IMG/VR virus record: IMGVR_UViG_3300028887_000079
Span: 67,712-131,711 of that record
DNA length: 64,000 bases
Origin: a virus
Taxonomy: Duplodnaviria > Caudoviricetes
Direction: 5' to 3' (one strand)
In this document: piece by piece, positions 49,830 through 59,678 of the stretch
Layout: each line of letters opens with the position of its first letter
How positions within the stretch are numbered: position 1 is the first letter of the stretch
Position numbers and translations under genes: made by a program
Notes under the pieces: model-generated
What the model saw: the letters and a program-made list of their open reading frames with translations, nothing else
Database searches by the model: none
Told to the model about the DNA's origin: nothing

Positions 49830-50678
49830 TTAAGCCATTGGAGAAACCATATCACGCAGCGCCCTGAAGTTGAGCGCGATCTCCGCCATAAACGACAAAG
49901 TCAGGCTGCCGTTCGCCTCGGTGCCTTGCGCAAACTTTTCAATCTTAGAAATATCGTTTTGGACCAAGTTGTCCAAGAAGACGCGGACCTTGTATTCCCA
50001 TTCAATGCCGTTGCCCATTGTCATCGCTTCATCATAGGAGGTGACGTGCATAACGATGGAATCGTATGCGGGGTCGGAATAGTAGGACTTATCGCCGGGA
50101 TGCTGCAATACCTCTTGCATAGAAACCGGCGCCCAGTGTTCGCCATCTTCATTCGGCGCCAAAGAGCCTTCCGTATAAACGTAGCCATCGGCGCTGTCCG
50201 TGATGCAAACATAGGCGGTGCTGCGATCGGTGCCATACCAAACGTGATCGCCGTAGTAATAGGTTTTATTCCATTCGGCGGATTTGTATTGGCGATACCG
50301 GCGGCCCAACATACAAACGGTTTGATATGTGATGGCGGTTGAAAGTCTGCTCCCGCTATTGCTGGAGTCGCCATCGTCCGGGGTAGGTAGTTGCGTATTG
50401 AAATCGAAGTCAACCGCCCATGCGGACGTGTCGCCCTCTTTCACTTCGACCGGAAGAATACCGGTGCACGGAATCATGCGCACAATGGGGTTGCCGGCGA
50501 TACCGGTGGTTTCGCCATCATCAACCGTAACCTCGTGGGACGTTGCCGCGATGTCATAAGGGCTTGTGCCAAGCGGCTGACCATCGAGCAATGCTGCTCC
50601 ATAAACCAAAAAAAGCTCGCCGCCCGAAAGGGCGCGTGCAATTTGAAGGGAGCCATCATTTGTAAGTATGGCGATCAT
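49830..50678 (-). CDS. putative baseplate/tail protein with CBM-like repeat
   Basis: WNKTYYYGDHVWY...YVC..W; structural context. Confidence 0.55.
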   Translation of the reverse strand: MIAILTNDGSLQIARALSGGELFLVYGAALLDGQPLGTSPYDIAATSHEVTVDDGETTGIAGNPIVRMIPCTGILPVEVKEGDTSAWAVDFDFNTQLPTPDDGDSSNSGSRLSTAITYQTVCMLGRRYRQYKSAEWNKTYYYGDHVWYGTDRSTAYVCITDSADGYVYTEGSLAPNEDGEHWAPVSMQEVLQHPGDKSYYSDPAYDSIVMHVTSYDEAMTMGNGIEWEYKVRVFLDNLVQNDISKIEKFAQGTEANGSLTLSFMAEIALNFRALRDMVSPMA

Positions 50679-50911
50679 GCCTCTTTCTCCGCAAGGCTGA
50701 GGGTTGCCCAAACGATTGTATGAAGGGCGCCTTCCGTCCTCGCGCTACCAAGCACGCGACCCGCCTTGGTCACCACCACAGCGTTTTGGTCCGCATCATA
50801 CGTGAATGCCACATCGTTTGAATACAAGGCTGCCAGCCTATCCAGCAAACCCTGAAACTCCGGGCCGGTAACATTTGCCTCGGCCTTCTTATGAACCAAT
50901 CGTATACTCAT
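50675..50911 (-). CDS. small protein with MAKIKL-like N-terminus
   Basis: MSIRLVHKKAEA. Confidence 0.65.
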   Translation of the reverse strand: MSIRLVHKKAEANVTGPEFQGLLDRLAALYSNDVAFTYDADQNAVVVTKAGRVLGSARTEGALHTIVWATLSLAEKEA

Positions 50912-50946
50912 ATACTGAATATACAAAAAATTGGCGCTTGGGCGCA

Positions 50947-53820
50947 CTACCCGTAGGTGAATGTAACCTTCGCGATGTCCACGGTTCTGCCTTGGCAGTA
51001 TTCCTCAATATCCGCCGCAGTGAGCGTGTATTTGCCAAGCGTAAGACCGAAGGCGCCAATCACGGTTCCGTCCGCGTCCTTCATGTATGCGGAACTCGGG
51101 AAGCAGTTTTGGAAGACAAGCGTATCGCCGTCCCAAACATAGGCGAGTTCTTCGCCGCCGTGAATCTCGGTGGTGATCTTCGCCAGCACGGACTTGAGTG
51201 TATCCACACTCCCTTCAAAGGGGTAGATGTCCATTCCAACAACCTCGGCGCGATCCCATCCGACAAATGCTTCCGTTTCGGACAACTGCCACGTTTCCTC
51301 TTCTTCGGAATCATTCAGCACATACATCCAGCGCAAGCCCAGTGCGGTGTCAATGTAAAGTCCTTTCGGGCGGTAGAGCGCCGTAACTCCGACATAGCCG
51401 TTGGCAAGCATCAAATCGCTTTCGTCCGTAACCTCCGGATCCGTGACGTTGCGGAAGTGGTCCGTTGAAGTGGACTCCTTCAATCCAAGAAGTCCGAAGG
51501 TGTGGGTGGACTGCCAATAGCGAATAAATGTGTTGTTTTCCAAATCGATAGCGCGAATGCGGAGCGGATACTGGACGCGGTCAAATTCATAAATCTTGGT
51601 TCCGCGTTCCTCATTGACGCGCGTAGGCACCAGCTCGGCCCACTCATCCGTTTCCGGATCAGCAAGGACAAATACCCCGGTCTCAATGTCCACATAATTG
51701 TGGAGCGCCCTGCTGAAGTAGCGGGTCGGGAACAACTCAATAACGTTCTTGCCGCCGGAGCGCTGCCCATCGAGAACGCTTGAGAAGATCGCCGTTTCCA
51801 TTTCGATTTTGGATTCGTCATACAAATTCATGTGGAGGCGGACCCAAACATAGATAGGAATTTCATAGGCGATAACATCGGCGACCAGCGCCGAATACGA
51901 ACCAGCCCACGCAGAAGCCTTCACCCAAGTCTTGCCATCGCCAAGATCCTTGACGGCATCCTCGGCGAGGCGGGCAAGCACGTTAAGATCCGCATCGTAG
52001 TAGCGATTGTTGAAATTCTGTGTAGGCTCAATTTCTGCGAAGCGATAGCGCGTGACCCATTCGCCGTCCGTGTATTGCTGAATGGAGCAACCGGACTTAT
52101 CTTCAGGATCATAGCGCAGGGCGCCTTCTTCCGCCTTGCCTTCGGAACCGAGCGGCTCAAGCGTTGAAATGTTGGCGACCAGCTTGCGGAGATTTTCGTG
52201 CTGCTCGTAAATGTCCTTGACCTCTTTTTCCTCATCATCGGTTTCCGACTGGCAATAGTATGCAATCGAAGGTTCCGAGAGGGAAAGGTTTTCAACATCA
52301 AGGCCGACCGCACGCATACACATGCGCAAGCCATCATAAGTGTTGCGGGTGCGCACCAGCAAGGCAAACAGCAATGCGGACCACTTGGCGCCGCATTCAT
52401 CCATAATGGATTGCGGGATGCCGACCATATGCGCATACGCCTTGCACATCTCTTCCGACACGCTCCACGTTTTTGCGATCACCGCGTTGGACGCATTGGT
52501 ATGCGGAATGACGTAGTATTCGGAGAGGAGCGGGGAATTGTCCATCTGCATGTGGTTGTAGATTTCTTCCCACGCCGGATTGAGATAATGTCCCGGCGGA
52601 TAAATCAAGGTCGATTCATCCTGAATGTCCGTATGCTTGCGCATGAACAACCGGGTGGCGTTCTCATTCACATATGAGACAATATCATCGGAATTGTAGT
52701 CCGCATAATTCTTTTTGTCGTAGTGGCCGCGATATGTGCCGAGCGAAGTGGTATGCGCGATGTCCACCCAAAACGGATAGCCTTGGCTGTCCACCGTAAC
52801 CCAAATATGTTCGATCGCGCCTTTGCGAATAGGCAGGCGCCCGCGGGGAAGAACGAATGTGTCTTCTTCCAATGCGGCAAAGCGATAGAGGTAGCCCTGG
52901 CGCCAATAGCGCGTATCATTCAGGGAAGTGCCCTCAGGCGCATTGACAATACACACATAGGAGTTTTTGCCCTGACGGCGCACGGTTCCAACGGTATAGC
53001 TGCCGGGCGTGCGCTTATGGGTTTCAATATCCATATGAGTTATTTCGCCCTGAACATCGGGGTAGACCGGCTCCTGTAATTGGAGCATACGCTGTTGATA
53101 AACAACCACGGAGCCTTGCGGGAGTTTCAAGCCGGTGATGAAGATCGTGGAATCGCTTTTTGCCTTCACGGTTTTGCCGGCGCCCCACGCCTGAATGCCC
53201 GCATACTTTGAAAGGTTGTTTGCCCTGATGGAAGGATGTTGGTTCGCCTGCATGAATCCGTAAAGGGGTTCGCCCGCGGCGTGGAGTGCTTCCATAAACT
53301 GCGGTTCCATCACGAGGCGGTTAAGCGTCTTGATGATGTAGCTATCTCGAACCCAGCCCGCGGCGGCCTTACGGAGAAGCGGGCGCTGCTGAATGGAAAC
53401 ATGCGCCTGCCAAAAGATTGAGGACATGCGCTTGTTGAGATTGATGCGGTAGTCAAGGCGGAACAACCCCGGCACTTCCGTATTGGGCCGGTTGGCTGCT
53501 ACCTTAGAAGAAATGTTGACGCGCCTGCCTGCCACTTCAAGGTAGACAAGCGGAATGTCCGGAATGAAATCGGAGAATTGGTCGATCAGGACCACTTCGG
53601 GCGGCACCTGCTCGATCTTCACATACATCGGATTGTCTTCCGGTTCGGGGCCTGGCGGATCCGGCGGAACAACTACATCCGCCGAAATAAATTGCCTCCA
53701 GTAGTTTGCATACAAGTCCGCATCCTTAACCTTCAACACGGCGGAGTCGCGCGTTTTCGAAACCACCACATATTCATGCGGCTCATACGATTGATTAAGG
53801 CGTTCATTAAGACTAGTCAT
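50947..53820 (-). CDS. large baseplate/tail structural protein
   Basis: 957 aa; CBM5/12-like aromatic repeats; baseplate operon context. Confidence 0.6.
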   Translation of the reverse strand: MTSLNERLNQSYEPHEYVVVSKTRDSAVLKVKDADLYANYWRQFISADVVVPPDPPGPEPEDNPMYVKIEQVPPEVVLIDQFSDFIPDIPLVYLEVAGRRVNISSKVAANRPNTEVPGLFRLDYRINLNKRMSSIFWQAHVSIQQRPLLRKAAAGWVRDSYIIKTLNRLVMEPQFMEALHAAGEPLYGFMQANQHPSIRANNLSKYAGIQAWGAGKTVKAKSDSTIFITGLKLPQGSVVVYQQRMLQLQEPVYPDVQGEITHMDIETHKRTPGSYTVGTVRRQGKNSYVCIVNAPEGTSLNDTRYWRQGYLYRFAALEEDTFVLPRGRLPIRKGAIEHIWVTVDSQGYPFWVDIAHTTSLGTYRGHYDKKNYADYNSDDIVSYVNENATRLFMRKHTDIQDESTLIYPPGHYLNPAWEEIYNHMQMDNSPLLSEYYVIPHTNASNAVIAKTWSVSEEMCKAYAHMVGIPQSIMDECGAKWSALLFALLVRTRNTYDGLRMCMRAVGLDVENLSLSEPSIAYYCQSETDDEEKEVKDIYEQHENLRKLVANISTLEPLGSEGKAEEGALRYDPEDKSGCSIQQYTDGEWVTRYRFAEIEPTQNFNNRYYDADLNVLARLAEDAVKDLGDGKTWVKASAWAGSYSALVADVIAYEIPIYVWVRLHMNLYDESKIEMETAIFSSVLDGQRSGGKNVIELFPTRYFSRALHNYVDIETGVFVLADPETDEWAELVPTRVNEERGTKIYEFDRVQYPLRIRAIDLENNTFIRYWQSTHTFGLLGLKESTSTDHFRNVTDPEVTDESDLMLANGYVGVTALYRPKGLYIDTALGLRWMYVLNDSEEEETWQLSETEAFVGWDRAEVVGMDIYPFEGSVDTLKSVLAKITTEIHGGEELAYVWDGDTLVFQNCFPSSAYMKDADGTVIGAFGLTLGKYTLTAADIEEYCQGRTVDIAKVTFTYG

Positions 53821-55057
53821 CCAAATCTCCTATGGGCAAGAATTCATATTCAACGGCGGTGATTTTGTTTCCGGACCAAATGAAATGACGCTTCGCCATA
53901 AACTCACGAATACACGGACCTTTAATCGAGCGGGTCGTGCCCGGATACCAGCTCCACGCCTCCTCGCTTTCGAAGGTGTAGCGGTCGGTCAGGCAAACCG
54001 GAACCGATACGCTCGAAAAGCACTTGACAGTGACAATCATTCCATCCGCTTCCGCCTTCATCGGCGGGGTGGTAGAGTTCGTGTAAGTGCTGTCGGCGGC
54101 TGCCCTCACCGGCCAAATCAGGTTCGGGGATCCGAACATGCTTGCGGTGGTGCCTACGCGCACCTTATACCAGTAAATGCCGTCAGTGTCCTGCCAGTAA
54201 GGAACGGAAGGGCGCGTTGCCGAAGGAACCCAAGCGAAAGATGGCTTCCACGGCGACCCGTGTTCGTCCATATAAATTTTGTCCGGATAGAACGGGTTGT
54301 CCACCAACGGCTTTTCATAACCATTGATAGCTTCGCCGGTAGCGGAGAGCGGGAGGAACGGAATGTAGGCGGTATACTTGGCATCCGTTTGTGGGCGCGT
54401 GGTGCCCACGCTCGCCCCATACCACGCATTGAATGATTCCACCGTAATGCGCTGTTCGCCAGTGCAAATCAATTCGGTCGTCTTGATCTCATCGATGCGG
54501 GCGCTGACAACATCTTCTACTTCCGCATCCGGCGCCAACACATCATTGAATGTGCAGTTGCCCAATGTGGTATTCGTCCCGGTGAACTCTTGGATGGTGA
54601 GTGCCAGCGCATCGATAGTCCCGGTCGAAAGGTCTTCGATTTGCGGGAAGATGATTGAAAGGACATCGCCATAATCCTCGTTATTAAGCGATATAAGCCC
54701 GTCAGTTTTGAGGGCGCCTACTTCTATGGGCGCATCCGAAATAAGGCCGTAGAACGCGCCTACGGAGGCAGAAGCGGAGCCTACGCGCCACTGCGCCGAG
54801 TGCTCGCCATTGATGAACGTGATTTTTTCACGGACATCCTTTTCCGAGAACATAAAGACATTCCAAACACACGGCACATTGAAGATGCTGCCGTCCGAAT
54901 ACTCGAATCCAACATAGCCTTCGGGAACTGTGGAATCTTCCCCCAATGAGGAGTCGTCCTGCTCCGCAAGGAGCCAGCTCCATTTCTTGAAGAATTCGTT
55001 TGCGTCATGAATTATATCATGCGCAACCTTGAGCGAGGAGTCACTATCCAAAAGCAT
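53813..55057 (-). CDS. putative tail fibre/receptor-binding protein
   Basis: Shares an N-terminal motif with the next two genes. Confidence 0.55.
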   Translation of the reverse strand: MLLDSDSSLKVAHDIIHDANEFFKKWSWLLAEQDDSSLGEDSTVPEGYVGFEYSDGSIFNVPCVWNVFMFSEKDVREKITFINGEHSAQWRVGSASASVGAFYGLISDAPIEVGALKTDGLISLNNEDYGDVLSIIFPQIEDLSTGTIDALALTIQEFTGTNTTLGNCTFNDVLAPDAEVEDVVSARIDEIKTTELICTGEQRITVESFNAWYGASVGTTRPQTDAKYTAYIPFLPLSATGEAINGYEKPLVDNPFYPDKIYMDEHGSPWKPSFAWVPSATRPSVPYWQDTDGIYWYKVRVGTTASMFGSPNLIWPVRAAADSTYTNSTTPPMKAEADGMIVTVKCFSSVSVPVCLTDRYTFESEEAWSWYPGTTRSIKGPCIREFMAKRHFIWSGNKITAVEYEFLPIGDLDD

Positions 55058-55064
55058 AGGCGCC

Positions 55065-56192
55065 TCACAGTTTATACAGCCAGTTGTGTGTTACCGATGC
55101 GCCGGGATTGGTCTCTTCTTCAAGCTCCGCCATAAAGCGGGTGCATTGATAAGTTTTGAGCGCACGCAGCGTTCGGATTTGGGCTTCTCTTCCGGTCGGA
55201 GTAGACACGTCATCAATTCGGATCGGCACAAGACCAGTGCTGCCGCTATCGCCGGTGCGTGCATAATGGATGCGCCCGATTTGATCGTCAAGCGGGAGCC
55301 AGCGGATTCGGTAGCCGCCGTCAACCTGCTCATACATCTTGTAAGGCCAAGTTGCGACAAAGTTCGGAATGAAATCGTAGGACGAGCCTAACGCGCCCAG
55401 CAATTTAAGATCGCCGCCCATCTCCGGGGTGTCCCAGTAGATGTGAATGGTATTTCCGTTAAGGGCGGAGATGATGCTTGCCGGGGTGTAAGTGCAATCG
55501 GACCAAGTCGGCTCGGAATAAATTCCCGCCGCTTCAAGGACGCTTACATTCCCGGTCCAAATGTCCCCGTTAGTCGAGGCATCAAGGTCGCTAGTTCTCA
55601 ACCCTTCAACGCCGAACTTCACCACCTGCTTGCGATACTCGATCTTGCCCATATTGAGGGTATTCGTGGTGACGCTCTTAACAGTCAGCGAACCCTGAAT
55701 GCGAGTAGTTCCGGAGATTGTGGTGGTCCCGGTAAGCGTTGCGTTCACAATCCTGCTCGCATTAGCATTCAAAGAATTGATGCTCGCGTTTTGGATGGAT
55801 CCGCCCAAAAGTGCCACGCGGCCGCTGATAGGCAAAGTTCCACTAATGCCTTCAAGTCGAGATGCCGCAACATACCCCGCAACCAAATTTGCGCGGGTTC
55901 TATTCGGCTTGATCATTTCGATCTCGCCGCTGTCATTCATACGGATGATTACGGAGTCATTTCCGTCCGTAAGCGTAAGTTGCGAAAAGATGCCGCCAAG
56001 GTAGCGGTTGATCGCTTCGCGGATGGACGGCATCGAAACCGTGTATTCAACACCATCGGCATCGCGCAAGTTAAGCGTAACCTCGCCGGGCGCTTCAATC
56101 AGTTCCCGCCACTTGGCAAGAATCGCAACAGCGTCCGCGTGTGCTTCGCGAATGAGCTTGATGCCTTCACTGAAATCGGCTGACTTTCCCAT
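55065..56192 (-). CDS. putative tail fibre protein
   Basis: DGVEYTVSMPS anchor; beta-helix-like middle. Confidence 0.6.
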   Translation of the reverse strand: MGKSADFSEGIKLIREAHADAVAILAKWRELIEAPGEVTLNLRDADGVEYTVSMPSIREAINRYLGGIFSQLTLTDGNDSVIIRMNDSGEIEMIKPNRTRANLVAGYVAASRLEGISGTLPISGRVALLGGSIQNASINSLNANASRIVNATLTGTTTISGTTRIQGSLTVKSVTTNTLNMGKIEYRKQVVKFGVEGLRTSDLDASTNGDIWTGNVSVLEAAGIYSEPTWSDCTYTPASIISALNGNTIHIYWDTPEMGGDLKLLGALGSSYDFIPNFVATWPYKMYEQVDGGYRIRWLPLDDQIGRIHYARTGDSGSTGLVPIRIDDVSTPTGREAQIRTLRALKTYQCTRFMAELEEETNPGASVTHNWLYKL

Positions 56193-56858
56193 TTATACCT
56201 CGTTCATTTTTTCAAAGCGTGCCCAGCAATTCAACCCGTAGCGGTATACATTATTCGCAACCATACACCCGTGGAAAATCGAAAGTCCATTTCCGATGAG
56301 AGTGGTGTGGGAAGACTGCCCGTATGAGGAGAACGTTAAATCAACGGTGACTCCATCCGGAACGAATATATAGAAGTCGGACATGTGGACCACATCATTA
56401 TCCGGCAGTTTAGGGCGGAACATCACTGACGGGTGCGTGCCGCTTTTAGCAAACATAAAGCGAGGGACCGGCCATTCCGTTACTGTAGAACTTCCATTAT
56501 CAAGCGCCTGCGCTACGCCTTGAATGCCATCCGCATCGTAGGTCATTTCTTTTCCGGAGCCTGCAAACGCAAGGCCGCCAGCCGTGAGAAGACCGCCACC
56601 ACCTCTTGTCGTGGTGTGCACCGAGTTGAACGTGGGGTTCGGCGGAAGCGTTCTTGTATTGATGGTCTCGATAATCTTTTGGATGTTCGGGATGGTGTAT
56701 TGAACCGGCTCGCCGCCCTGCCCTTTCAAGTTGAAGGTAACGTCCTGAGCCTTCGAGGAGAGCATATCTCCCCACTTTTGAACAAGCGTCATCACATCGG
56801 ACTGCGCGTTGATAAGAGCCTTGAGCGCCGTCTCAAAATCATAATGCATCTCAGCCAT
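56193..56858 (-). CDS. putative short tail fibre protein
   Basis: Paralogous N-terminus (QKWGDML..YTIPNIQK). Confidence 0.55.
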   Translation of the reverse strand: MAEMHYDFETALKALINAQSDVMTLVQKWGDMLSSKAQDVTFNLKGQGGEPVQYTIPNIQKIIETINTRTLPPNPTFNSVHTTTRGGGGLLTAGGLAFAGSGKEMTYDADGIQGVAQALDNGSSTVTEWPVPRFMFAKSGTHPSVMFRPKLPDNDVVHMSDFYIFVPDGVTVDLTFSSYGQSSHTTLIGNGLSIFHGCMVANNVYRYGLNCWARFEKMNEV

Positions 56859-58783
56859 TAGTTAGCCTCCGAGAGAAATACCTGCAATGTGCTTTGCGCC
56901 ACATATTCGTTTGTGGTCAACTGGATTTCATTGACCTGGACTGGGGTGATCTCGGCAATGTCGCCGTTTTCGTCCGTATCGTTTTCCACATAGCCGCCTT
57001 CATTGGGCGCCTTCGACAATCTTGCAAGCGAAATATACACCTTCGTAATGCCGAATGCCTCGGTCAACTTAGAATGAAGTTCGGCGGCGGACAAGCATTT
57101 GCCGACATGATAGCACGCATACTTTTGAATGAAGCGGGTAACCTCTTCATTCTCCTTGTAGGCGCCGGAGTAGGCGCAGCGGATCTCAACCTTGGACGCG
57201 ATGCAAGGCTCCACCACAACCGAGGTGAAACCAAGTTTCGGCGCCAGTCCGAAATACCCCTTCAATTCCAGCTCGTATGCGGCCTGCGTGATCGGGACAT
57301 AATCGTCAATCTTGTAGACGCTATACGGGGAATCCTTCGGCAGCGCTTCAAGGTCGTCCTGAGAAATCCAGTAGTTGGCGCCATCATCCGTTCCCGGTTC
57401 AATCCCATAAACATCCGCGATTGCCACATAGAGCATAGCGGTTGCCGCATGATAAACGATGTTACCGGACTTGTAGGAGTGCTTCGCTTCCCAGTAACGG
57501 CGCCCTGCCACCATAAGACCGGACAGCACGATAGTAGCATTGTCATAGCGGAATGCGGATTCGGCATTCAAGCCCATCGCTTTCAGTCCCGCATAAATGT
57601 CGGCGGGGACAATGACTTGCCATCCACCGGCCGGATCTGTAGGCAGCACGCCCTGAATCGTTCCCTTATCCTTCAACAGCGCCACATAGAGGGCGCCTTC
57701 GTATTCAACCATAGAGCCGTGCGGGTAGACCACCTTCGGCTTGTATTTGCTTACGGGGAAGTGGCGATTCTGTTGGCGCCTTGCCGAGCAGGATTTGATC
57801 AGCGGGATTTTCATAACCTCGGTGACCAAGTCCTTCTCATCCGTAATCTTGCCGGACGCAAACATTTCAGCGACCGCCCTGGAGCGGAACATTTCCGGGG
57901 TATCACCGGTGCTCGGCTTGTCGAGGAGCGGGATGCCATCCTTATTCAAGGGAGTGACATCGCTGTTGAATGTGATGGTTTCGTTTGCCGCCTCGGACAA
58001 ACTATCCGTCTTGATGTAGGAAACGCGCACCGCCGTGATGTTGGCGAACATTTCCTTGTTGTTGTATCCGGCGCCAAACACTTCGCCATCGCCAAGCGTA
58101 ATGACAAGTCCGCGTGCCGTGTGTTGGCAAAGAACCAAATAGTCCTTGTCCGAGTAGGCAAGGAGTTCCGCCATCGAGAAAATCGGGATGACATCCTGAT
58201 CAATGCCTTCGAGATGGACGCGCACTGACGGGGTCCAAACCGCCTTGTAGGTTTCCGGCACATAGATGGATTGGAATGTGCCCGGCGTCAGGTCAATATC
58301 GCTTGCCTCGAAGTCTTGCGTGACATACTGGCCGGCGCAGTAGAGCGCTTCATATTTCTGTTCGCCGAGGGAGGTTTTCTCCTCAAGCGATTGAAATTCG
58401 TAAAGAATCAGGTTGGCGCTGGATCCATCGCGCAATGTGATGGAGCCTACCGAACTGTAAAGGTCGTATTCGCGGAGCGAGGAAAAGAGGAACGGGTTGC
58501 CCTGATGGATGAGCGGCGGCGTAATGCTTTCAATTGAGTTGAGAAGGAAACCTTCGCCCAATTTAAGCAGGTAGGCGTCATTCGCCCTGAAGATGTCCAT
58601 ATTGAGCAAATGCGAGGCGGCACGCGCAGTAATCATGTCGTTGCCGTAGGACAACATTTGAACGGCGCCACGGGCCTGCATCCCATACAGGGCGGACAAT
58701 TTATTCAGCGCATTAGGCGCCGTGCCTAAACGTTCCTGAATGGTTTTGTTAGCAAGTGCGAAGTGGTCAAAGAATTGTTGCAC
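56858..58783 (-). CDS. baseplate wedge protein (gp6/J-like) with CBM-like inserts
   Basis: LGDGEVFG and GDTPEMFRSRA..ITDEKD motifs. Confidence 0.7.
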   Translation of the reverse strand: MQQFFDHFALANKTIQERLGTAPNALNKLSALYGMQARGAVQMLSYGNDMITARAASHLLNMDIFRANDAYLLKLGEGFLLNSIESITPPLIHQGNPFLFSSLREYDLYSSVGSITLRDGSSANLILYEFQSLEEKTSLGEQKYEALYCAGQYVTQDFEASDIDLTPGTFQSIYVPETYKAVWTPSVRVHLEGIDQDVIPIFSMAELLAYSDKDYLVLCQHTARGLVITLGDGEVFGAGYNNKEMFANITAVRVSYIKTDSLSEAANETITFNSDVTPLNKDGIPLLDKPSTGDTPEMFRSRAVAEMFASGKITDEKDLVTEVMKIPLIKSCSARRQQNRHFPVSKYKPKVVYPHGSMVEYEGALYVALLKDKGTIQGVLPTDPAGGWQVIVPADIYAGLKAMGLNAESAFRYDNATIVLSGLMVAGRRYWEAKHSYKSGNIVYHAATAMLYVAIADVYGIEPGTDDGANYWISQDDLEALPKDSPYSVYKIDDYVPITQAAYELELKGYFGLAPKLGFTSVVVEPCIASKVEIRCAYSGAYKENEEVTRFIQKYACYHVGKCLSAAELHSKLTEAFGITKVYISLARLSKAPNEGGYVENDTDENGDIAEITPVQVNEIQLTTNEYVAQSTLQVFLSEAN

Positions 58784-58927
58784 GATACCCTCGATCTGTA
58801 AAAGGCAAAGCGCCCTTTCCTAAATATAGACTTGTTTGAAACCAATATCAAGCAGCCATACCAAAAAACGGAGGCGACCAATCAAGGTGCCCCCGTTCCT
58901 ATACGGGTTGTATTGATGACCCAAACT

Positions 58928-59674
58928 TTAGCTCGGAAGTTGTCCGTGGAGCGGGCGGACTTTTCTTGCGGTGAGCTGCGGACGTTCGTTGCCCGGTCGC
59001 TTGTTGGTTATGCAGGCCACCAGCTCTTCCTTCGTTTTGAATCCGTCAATGTGCTCGCCATCAGTCCCATCATACAGATTCCACGGCTTGTCCGGGCTGT
59101 AATCGCTTTCGTCCGAATCATCAAACTGAATCGTGTAGATGGCATCGCCCTTCTGTGCGATCAGCAATTCCTCAAAGCGGTTTTCGAAATCGATGGTCCA
59201 GCCTTGCTTCATAAGCATATCGGCGAGGAGCTCGTAACCTTCAGGGTTGACCATCCCATAGTGGGGAATGACCTCGCGCTGCTTCGCTTCGGATTCGCTG
59301 TTGATGGCGCGGGTAAGCATCGATTCGATTATGTCCATAAGATCCGGTCTTCCGCACATTTCGTGTTCGATTATGGTCTTGCCATCCGGGGTCATGCGCA
59401 TGACCTTGTAGTCGCCGGTCGGAGTTGCGCTTGCGAACTTCACATCCACCACGGCGCCGATCTTTCCAGTGGTTCCGTTATGGGCGCCGATACGGAATGT
59501 ATCGTAGCAATGCGTTTCGTCATTCAGGAGCAGGCTGACGGCGCAGTCATATCCGAGATCCTCAACGATCTTAGCAATCTCGGGGTAGAGGTTTTTTTCG
59601 AGATTGTCGAAATCTTTGAGGCGGTCTTGAAGTTCGCGCCTTTGAGATTTCAAATCAAAAAGAATACTTGCCAT
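58928..59674 (-). CDS. hypothetical protein
   Basis: GAGG RBS; SESEA linker. Confidence 0.65.
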   Translation of the reverse strand: MASILFDLKSQRRELQDRLKDFDNLEKNLYPEIAKIVEDLGYDCAVSLLLNDETHCYDTFRIGAHNGTTGKIGAVVDVKFASATPTGDYKVMRMTPDGKTIIEHEMCGRPDLMDIIESMLTRAINSESEAKQREVIPHYGMVNPEGYELLADMLMKQGWTIDFENRFEELLIAQKGDAIYTIQFDDSDESDYSPDKPWNLYDGTDGEHIDGFKTKEELVACITNKRPGNERPQLTARKVRPLHGQLPS

Positions 59675-59678
59675 TTCA

